Assembly: GCF_006345805.1 (NCBI RefSeq)
Contig: NW_021825625.1
Coordinates: 1 to 15,053 of the forward strand
Direction: 5' to 3'
DNA: 15,053 nucleotides
DNA from: Octopus sinensis
Lineage: Eukaryota
The notes below the pieces were generated by a model that had not been told where the DNA came from, did not search any database, and saw only the letters and a list, made by a program, of their open reading frames with translations. Numbering within the stretch: the first letter of the stretch is position 1; each line of letters begins with the position of its first letter. This document shows, in pieces, positions 7,553-15,053 of this stretch. A program made the translations under genes and the position numbers.

Positions 7553-7950
7553 TGATCTTACTTTTGTGTTCTCGCACTTCGAGATTTCATACTTTAAGTC
7601 GTTATAATGCTCTACCTTATCTTTTTGGCGCTCTTTCTATTCTGGTGTTAAATCCGCCTATCACGTCGACTACAATACATAGCTTCTTCTTGTCTACGTC
7701 TACAATATCCGGTAAGCTGTATTTTATTTTTATTTCTATTTGTATACGAATCTGCCACAATAACCTCAATTCATCCTTTTTCTAAGGCTTGCATTTCTAT
7801 TCTCACAAAATGGTTGTAGCTTTGCTTTTCCCATGCGTGCAAAACTAAATTCCTAGCCAAAACCCCATTGTAGTTATGCAGCAATCTTATCATGCATACA
7901 CTTGTGTATTCATTCTGGGATAACTGCAAGTATTCCGATACAGTGTGAGC
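7553..7950 (-). mobile_element. Old, degenerate R4/Dong-clade non-LTR fragment (end of zinc knuckle plus restriction-like endonuclease)
   Basis: Manual minus-strand translation across frameshifts and stops gives HTVSEYLQLSQNEY / HDKIAA*LQW / LRLLWQIRIQIEIKIKYSLPDIVDVDKKKLCIVVDVIGGFNTRIE / KDKVEHYNDLKYEISK. This matches the ILWD..IQTD..RPDIV..D..K..KY..L pattern of RLE-type elements. Confidence 0.78.
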
Positions 7951-8190
<240 letters not shown>

Positions 8191-8236
8191 AACTATCTGG
8201 TGTATCGTGTGGGAGTCGCGATCATGTGTATATGCA

Positions 8237-8450
8237 TCTTTGTGTCTATGTTTGTCCTAGTCCCCACTGCTTGACAACCGGTATTGGTTTGTTTACGTCC
8301 CCTTAACTTAAGGGCTGAGCAACAGTGACCTAGAGAATAAGTACCAGACTTAAATAATAATTAGTGGGGTTGGTCTGTGCAACTCAAACCCATCAAAGCG
8401 ATGCCCCAGCATGGTCGCAGTCCAATGACTGAAACAAGCAAGCGATATAA
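8237..8450 (+). mobile_element. Family-B SINE 3' half
   Basis: 'tttgtgtctatgtttgtcc...gcttgacaaccggtattgg...ccccagcatggtcgcagtccaatgactgaaacaag'. Confidence 0.85.
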
Positions 8451-8459
8451 ACCTTCAAT

Positions 8460-8560
8460 ACACAGATTACATTGTGCTGTATGGTTTTTGGCCTTGGGTA
8501 GCAAATTATTACCTATTTACTTACTCCTTGAAAGTATGAAAGACGCTAATAACTCCTTCG
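8460..8560 (-). mobile_element. Possible upstream continuation of the old R4-clade ORF (SFIL...CNLC)
   Basis: Minus frame ELLASFILSRSK*IGNNLLPKAKNHTAQCNLCIEG supplies the CxxC half of the knuckle whose H half resumes at 7950. Confidence 0.4.
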
Positions 8561-8865
8561 TAATGATATTTATTCAAGTCCCCAAGAAATCTTCTCAACA
8601 CAAGACTATGATGCTCCCCCATTACTCCTGCTCATGATCAGAAATGCACATATTGTCATCCACAAGGGGACACACTCGAGTGGTTATGGACAAACAAATC
8701 TGGGGTATTGAGCAGAATATTTGCTATAACGATATTTCCGCTTCAGCAACTCAGCGTTGAATCTGTCTGAAATGTAATGGAACATACTTCAGTTTCACCC
8801 AGGTGACAAAAGCAAAGTTTGAAGGGAATAGCAGTGATTTCCTTTGGTTTCTAGATAGAAGCAGA

Positions 8866-9374
8866 TCTCTAGATATATAAAGCTGAAGTTGTCTGTGTAT
8901 AGCAGGTTTGGTAGCCTTCAACTAACACTAACTCCTCCGAGACCCTGCGGCGCAAGTTAACTAAAATTGAAAGTATAATAGAAGAAGCCTTGCTCTTCCT
9001 TCCGTAGAAGAAAAAATTCAAATCGGACCATGTTAACACCAAAAATTGTTAACATCAAAAAGGTGCTTTTTTTCTATGAAAATCCCTATTTTTTACGATT
9101 TTTTTTACTGCTGAGTCGCCATTTTATGGTGTATTTCAACCAGAAAAATGTTCACTTAAAGAGAATTACAAGCTACATAATGCAAAATTTTTACTTTTCA
9201 AAAATTCCAATTCTAAAGGGTCGAAACAAACCCGAGCAACGCCGGGCGATACTGCTAGTAAAAATGTTCACTTAAAGAGAATAACAAGCTACATAACGCA
9301 AAATTTTTACTCTTCAAAAATTCCAATTCTAAAGGGTCGAAACAAACCCGAGCAACGCCGGGCGATACTGCTAG
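8866..9374 (+). mobile_element. Non-autonomous Helitron with a tandemly duplicated 116-bp 3' end
   Basis: 5' TC preceded by host A (8865), then 'tctctagatatataaagctgaagttgtctgtgt'. The 3' hairpin CCCG(A)GC-AAC-GCCGGG lies shortly before CTAG, followed by T. The hairpin-CTAG unit occurs twice (ends 9258 and 9374). Confidence 0.75.
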
Positions 9375-10010
9375 TAGAAAATAAGGCTTACTGACCAAAG
9401 ACTAAAAAGTAGGAACATAAATTTTGTTACAGTGTTATCGTAGAAAATTTTGCACGTCTAAATATAGTTGCCTTGCTTTTGCATCGGCAGAAATGCTAAG
9501 TTTATATTTCCTACATTCCATCGTTTCTGTCAACAGTTGTGAAACATAACATGTCTGCCGGCTCTCAGATCATTCAATATGTCGTGTTAATACTTCTGTT
9601 ATGTCTCTGTATTCTGACGACGAGACAGCCGAGAAAGCTTCGAGCAAGTTTTTTATTTATATTTAAATCAGATAGCAGAATAAAATCACAAACAACGGTG
9701 ACCTTTATAGCGTCGATATTCTTGGTATAAATAGCAAACATATAAAGGAAGTTTGTTTGTAAAAGCACGCCGTCCTTTCGATCGTCGCTCGTCGTACATG
9801 AAACATATTGTACAAAGGACTGATGACAGGCAGAAGCCAGCAGTTTAACCTCTTTGCAACAACAACAAAAATGACATTGAAAGCAATATGAACAGAGCTA
9901 GTACAGTAGTTCTTCAATTGACAAAATCCCGGTCCGTCACCAAAATATTTTTTAAATATTTTTTTTCTTTTTGTTCCTTCTCGACTGCTTTTAATTTAAC
10001 TTTGTATAGG

Positions 10011-10180
10011 CGCAGGTATGTCTGTGTGGTAAGAAATTTGTTGCCCAAACACATGGTCTTGGGTTCAGTCTCACTGAGTGGCACCTTGAGCAAGTCTTTT
10101 TCTACTCTATCCCCGGGCCGGCTCAAGTCTTGTGAGTGGATTCTGTAGATGGAAACTGAAAGAAGCCTATCGTATATATA
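10011..10180 (+). mobile_element. Family-B SINE 5' half, diverged
   Basis: Head with GGTTCAGTCTC; ends at the 'gaaagaagcctatcgtatata' microsatellite start. Confidence 0.85.
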
Positions 10181-10185
10181 CGACA

Positions 10186-10662
10186 GGAGTAGCTGTGTGG
10201 TAAGTAGCTTGCTTACCAACCACATGGTTCCGGGTTCAGTCCCACTACGTGGCACCTTGGGCAATTGTCTTCTACTATAGCCTCACAAAGCCTTGTGAGT
10301 AGATTTGGTAGACGGAAACTGAAAGAAGCCGTCATATATATATACATATTAATATATATATATGTATGTATGTATGTGCGTGTTGTGTATGTATATATAT
10401 ATACATATATGTATGTGAGTGTGTGTGTGAGTATTTATGTGTGTGTGTCTTTGTGTCTGCGTTTGTTCCCCGACCATCGCTTGTCAACAGATATTGGTGT
10501 TTATGTCCCCTAAATCTAGCTCTTCGTCAAAAGAGAACCGATAGAGTAAGTACTAGGCTTACAAAGAGTCAGTCTTGGGGGCGATTTCTTCGACTAAAGA
10601 CGGTGCTCCAGCATGGCCACAGTCAAGCGACTGAAACCTGTAAAAGAGTAAAAGAGTAAGAG
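10186..10662 (+). mobile_element. Family-B SINE, near full length
   Basis: Head, internal TA/TG microsatellite (10333-10450), 3' half and (GTAAAAGA)n tail. Confidence 0.92.
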
Positions 10663-10735
10663 ATATATGTATGTATGATATATATATATGTATATACGAT
10701 ATATATTTACGTATGTGTGTGTGTGTATGTGTGTA
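10663..10735. repeat. Degenerate (TA)n/(TG)n
   Basis: Read directly from the sequence. Confidence 0.85.
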
Positions 10736-10841
10736 GAAAGGTAAGGTAGGGAGAGAGAGAGGGAGTAAGGTATACGTAAATACTGACGTATACAAAAAAC
10801 ACACCTATTTCTTTTTTCCAAATATGCCTCCCCCCCTATTC

Positions 10842-11002
10842 AGTCTTTACGCTCTGAATTAGAATACTACCGATGTCGGCTTTGCCTTTCATCTTTTCGG
10901 GGTTGATAAAATAAGTACCAGTTAAGCACTGGGGCCGATGTAATCGATTTACATCCTCTTTGAGCTTGCTGGCCTTGTGCCAGAATTTGAAATCGTTATT
11001 AT
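10842..11002 (+). mobile_element. Family-A SINE, tail type 2, 5'-truncated
   Basis: Core 'ctttgcctttcatcttttcggggttgataaaataagtaccag' and tail 'ctggccttgtgccagaatttgaaatcgttattat'. Confidence 0.85.
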
Positions 11003-11340
11003 AGCTGTGTTTGTAAATATGATTGTAAAAAAATACTTATGTTTATAAAGCTCAATGATGATCATACCCGTCTACGAATTAATACCCACCATAGCAATGT
11101 AGAGTTTATATGCGAGCGAGTATATATTATATATACATTTGCGTGAATCCATGCGTGTTATATATGCACGGCTCTATGTATGTTCGTGCATTCGGAAAAA
11201 TATGTGTGATTGTAAAGATGAAAAATACGTCTCGTTCGCTGTAATAAAAAACGGTTTACTAGGTTGATAACCCCAGCATAGACACATTTTCAGTGATAAC
11301 ACAAAGAATGTATGCTTAGTAAGCTGATATACCAGCATAT

Positions 11341-11440
11341 ATCTTTTATCCTTTATTTTTTTACCTATTTCAGTCATTGGACCGAGGTCATGGCAGAGCA
11401 ATGCCTTCTAGAAACTTTAGTTGAATGAATCGACATCAGT
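11341..11440 (-). mobile_element. Family-B SINE 3' end
   Basis: Reverse complement reads 'gtcgattcattcaactaaag...gtccaatgactgaaataggtaaaaaataaaggataaaagata'. Confidence 0.7.
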
Positions 11441-11588
11441 ACGCTAATGGTTAGACCAGTGGACTTGCGGTCGAAAGATCGCGGGTTCGAATCTCGGATC
11501 AGGCGATGTGTGTGTTTATGAGGGAAACACCTAAGCTCCACGCGGCTCCAGCAGAAGGTAATGGCGAACTTCTGCTTACTGTTTCACC
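11441..11588 (+). mobile_element. Family-C tRNA-derived SINE 5' part
   Basis: A-box GCTAATGGTTAGA and B-box GGTTCGAATCT (11484-11494), then 'gtgtgtttatgagggaaacacctaagctccacgcggctccagcagaagg', which I recall as an octopod SINE body. Confidence 0.7.
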
Positions 11589-11744
11589 TATATATATATA
11601 TATTCTCTTCCCACGTGACCGCCTCGGTCAAGCTTGTTCTTTCTTTCTTAGTCTGACCGTTGTCCGTGCAACATCGATATTCTTCCCTGCGTCTGTGAAA
11701 TTTGTGTATCTCTGTCGTAAGGCTTCATTTCCACACGCGCCCAG

Positions 11745-11926
11745 CTTAATTAGTCGAAAGACACCTGATGTTATGTCCTGTTATTATTTCTATTGTATTT
11801 TTTATTGTTTTCATATTTGTGTAACATTGTCCCTTTTTTCCGTCTTGTTTTTGTATACATTCACTACTTTCTTCCCTTTTTGTATCATCTAGCTGCCCGG
11901 ATGTTTTGCGTTCTTGTCCCATTTTG

Positions 11927-11930
<4 letters not shown>
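11745..11930. repeat. Fragment of a dispersed repeat (possibly a Penelope-like terminal region)
   Basis: 'attagtcgaaa...atgtcctg', 'tgtatacattc' and 'ggatgttttgcgttcttgtcccattttgtatt' are recalled from an abundant octopod repeat. Not verifiable here. Confidence 0.3.
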
Positions 11931-12502
<572 letters not shown>

Positions 12503-12889
12503 GACACCCATACCAGACTTTACTTTTTTCAATGATAACATCAGAAAAAGATACTTTGTACAAGTTTAACGCACGGCCGCTATCAATTATTCTTTTTTCA
12601 ATCAGAAACATACTTTTACTAGATTAATAACCCCAGCACAAACAACAGCGATTGGATTTCTTTTCAATAATATCACAAGGACACGTTTTTATGAGGTTCA
12701 CAATACCGACGAGATATCTTATATATTCTGCCTTTTGTTTCAATCCTACTGATGTATCGTCTACCACAGTTTAGTCAATCAACTCGACCGCAGAATTCAT
12801 GAGATTTTAAAGCCTGGAGCTTACTATATCGGTCTTATTTATTTATTCAAACTGCTAAGTTACGAGGGCGTAAAAAAGAAAAAAAAAAC

Positions 12890-12935
12890 AAAACCGGTCG
12901 TCAAGCAGTGGTCGGGGACAAATACAGACACACAC
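12890..12935 (-). mobile_element. Family-B SINE fragment just 3' of the internal microsatellite
   Basis: Reverse complement reads 'gtgtctgtatttgtccccgaccactgcttgacgaccgg'. Confidence 0.6.
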
Positions 12936-12999
12936 ACACACACACACACACACACTCATATATATATAGAATATATATATATATACATATATATGTATG

Positions 13000-13030
<31 letters not shown>

Positions 13031-13050
13031 ACATATATATGTGTATATAA
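12928..13050. repeat. Compound (CA)n/(TA)n/(TG)n
   Basis: Read directly from the sequence. Confidence 0.95.
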
Positions 13051-13347
13051 TAAACCTTTACATAAATAAATAACGTGAAATACACGAAGGGACGAACATA
13101 AGAGACAGACGGGTCATTCAAAGCCTTCGTTCTTCAGTCAGAAACCGATTCATCATCGCAGATTTCGGCTGTTTAATTCTGAGATCCGCTCTGAATCGGC
13201 CAGCCCCAGAAGGAAAGAATGCAATGCAACAGAGACGAACATGAAACGAAAAAATCTTTTTTGGAGACAGTAACGGTTAAAAACATGGATGACACAGCGC
13301 CCTACGGCTTTGAGACAAAAGGAGACACAAAAACAATATCAGCAAGC

Positions 13348-13348
<1 letters not shown>

Positions 13349-13433
<85 letters not shown>

Positions 13434-13515
13434 GTATATATTCGTACATATATATATATTTATGTATATATATATATATATATACATATATATGTATGTA
13501 TGTATATATATACAC

Positions 13516-13559
<44 letters not shown>

Positions 13560-13728
13560 GTATATATATATATGTGGTGTATATATGTGTATGTATGTGT
13601 ATATATATATATATATTGTGTTTTATTTGTACAAATAAATATGTATGTATATGTATATATGTATGTGCGTATATATATGTGTGTATGTGTGTATTCATTA
13701 TGTATGTATATATACATTCATAATACAT

Positions 13729-13808
<80 letters not shown>
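13349..13808. repeat. Long compound (TA)n/(TG)n array
   Basis: Read directly from the sequence. Confidence 0.98.
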
Positions 13809-13811
<3 letters not shown>

Positions 13812-13961
13812 GACGGAGTCCTTTCAGTTTCCGCCAACCAATCGACTTACAAGGCTTTGGTTGCCTCGGGGCTATAATAGAAGACACTTGCCCATGGTGC
13901 CACTCAGCTAAACTGAACCGTAGACAACATGGTCGGGAAGCATGGTACTTAACCAGACAGC
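13809..13961 (-). mobile_element. Family-B SINE 5' half, diverged
   Basis: 'tttcagtttccgccaacc...acaaggctttggttgcctcggggctataatagaagacacttgccc'. Confidence 0.8.
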
Positions 13962-14074
13962 GACGGTTCTATAAGATAGCAAAATCCAACTTATATAATT
14001 TGATTGACTTAGAAGCGATAGACTTAGCCTTATTATATCCCCCAACATAGATGATAATGTAGTGTGGCTGAAAA

Positions 14075-14315
14075 TTACCAAACGCTATATTACATCAAAC
14101 GACCGCAAATTCAATTTCTTAGCAAATCCCAGACGCCGGCTTATAATCCCGCTAAAGGCGAATTAGGTTAGATTAAAAGAAGTCTATTAGATTTCATCAA
14201 CTCTATTATTTCACGAGAGACACACATTACACTGTAAAATAATAACACTTTGGCTTATCAAGTGTTTCGACTACCACATTCTCTAGATTATTCTATTGAT
14301 TTCTATGCACTCATC
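14075..14315 (+). mobile_element. Degenerate Penelope-like element RT fragment
   Basis: KRYITSNDRKFNFLANPRRRLI-[frameshift at 14146]-PAKGELG*IKRSLLDFINSI ... SIDFYALI resembles the PLE RT pattern FITLKDHK.NF...P.CRLINPAK.E.G.ISK.ILD.IN...FDI.DFYPSI. Confidence 0.65.
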
Positions 14316-14362
14316 CTACATGTGGAATTGAGATGGGAAATGGGTTACCCTTTAAGTATTTC

Positions 14363-14397
<35 letters not shown>
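14363..14397. repeat. (TAA)n
   Basis: Read directly from the sequence. Confidence 0.98.
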
Positions 14398-14400
<3 letters not shown>

Positions 14401-14684
14401 CTCAGATACCAGGAAACCCCAAAATGGCAGAAATTCAAAAGATAGAGCTCATGGGAGCTGCTCATATCCTACGCAAAATACTTTCTATGTAATCTCAAGT
14501 TTTAAAGCAAACATAATTTTCGTATGGTCTTTTAGACATTCACTGGTACAACACTAAGAACAAAACCAAATATATGGCACCCTAGGCATAACACCAACAT
14601 GAACTTCCAACTTGTTGTCTCCTGAGGTCTCTGGGTGAGATTTGGAGCCAATTTGTACAAATGTAAAGCAAAAGTCAAACATAG
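14398..14684 (+). mobile_element. 3'-terminal fragment of an R4/Dong-clade non-LTR element (ORF end plus 3' UTR) between TAA tracts
   Basis: IPGNPKMAEIQKIELMGAAHILRKILSM* (stop 14490-14492) resembles the 'IQK.ALLGTAHILRKVL' C-terminus of RLE elements. A ~190-nt UTR follows, then (TAA)n. Confidence 0.75.
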
Positions 14685-14697
14685 AATAATAATAATG

Positions 14698-14756
<59 letters not shown>

Positions 14757-14762
14757 TATAAT
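14685..14762. repeat. (TAA)n
   Basis: Read directly from the sequence. Confidence 0.98.
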
Positions 14763-14960
14763 AGAGATTGAAAGTTTCATATTAGCGGCACAAGATCAAA
14801 GCTTGCTTACTAAAAACTACCAGGCTGACGTTCTTCAAAACGGTTCTGGCCCTAAATGCAGATTCTGCGATAAATTTGATGAAACAGTAGACCATTTCGT
14901 CTCGGGGTGTCCTGTGCTGACACCAAACGAATACAAAAATCGCAACGATAGAGTAGTACA
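14763..14960 (+). mobile_element. Internal R4/Dong-clade fragment with CCHC zinc knuckle
   Basis: EIESFILAAQDQSLLTKNYQADVLQNGSGPKCRFCDKFDETVDHFVSGCPVLTPNEYKNRNDRV contains AAQDQ, C-x2-C-x8-H-x4-C and EY..R.D. Similarity is lost after about 14960. Confidence 0.85.
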
Positions 14961-15053
14961 CTGTATTTTATATGAATAATATATAGTCTTTTGACTAACT
15001 TTTTTATACACTAGGCTACTGGTAAAAAAATTTCTATAATCTTTATTACCTTG

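Noticed and set aside
6714-7562. CRISPR-like repeat-spacer array (17-mer recurring four times)
   Set aside because: The spacers are 170-400-bp homologous SINEs, the context is eukaryotic, and there are no cas genes.
9400-10010. Apparently unique sequence with short ORFs (9539-9730, 9574-9768, 9705-9917)
   Set aside because: No recognisable motifs or consistent splice structure; left unannotated.
11441-11500. tRNA gene
   Set aside because: A and B boxes are present, but there is no acceptor-stem pairing or canonical anticodon arm, and it runs into a SINE body.
13100-13220. Hammerhead ribozyme (minus strand has CCGAAA and CTGAAGA), as in Penelope terminal repeats
   Set aside because: I could not build stem II or stem III with a UH cleavage site in any topology. 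It is probably a dispersed-repeat fragment; an Infernal search with Rfam hammerhead models would settle it.

Overview
AT-rich, microsatellite-dense eukaryotic DNA made almost entirely of retroposons. I recognise the SINE families from memory as octopod (Octopus-like), which needs confirming. No intact host CDS can be supported, and most track ORFs are microsatellite or antisense artefacts. The centrepiece (2892-5693) is a nested stack inside the internal microsatellite of one SINE. It holds a short 3' fragment of a Tx1-clade LINE and a young 1.68-kb 5'-truncated copy of the same LINE (minus strand, one frameshift). Both copies sit in (GATA)n. The long copy is flanked on each side by an identical (GATA)n-226-bp SINE-(GATA)n block, which looks like a ~0.3-kb target-site duplication. 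The terminal 41 nt of the LINE match the 3' tail of one SINE subfamily at 35/41, suggesting a Tx1 LINE-SINE partnership. Other content: an old R4/Dong-clade RLE retrotransposon split by serial SINE insertions (6692-8560), two younger R4/Dong-like fragments in (TAA)n, a degenerate Penelope-like RT fragment, a non-autonomous Helitron with a doubled 3' end, and a possible housekeeping-type promoter near 1.7-1.9 kb. SINE family labels A/B/C are my own for this window.
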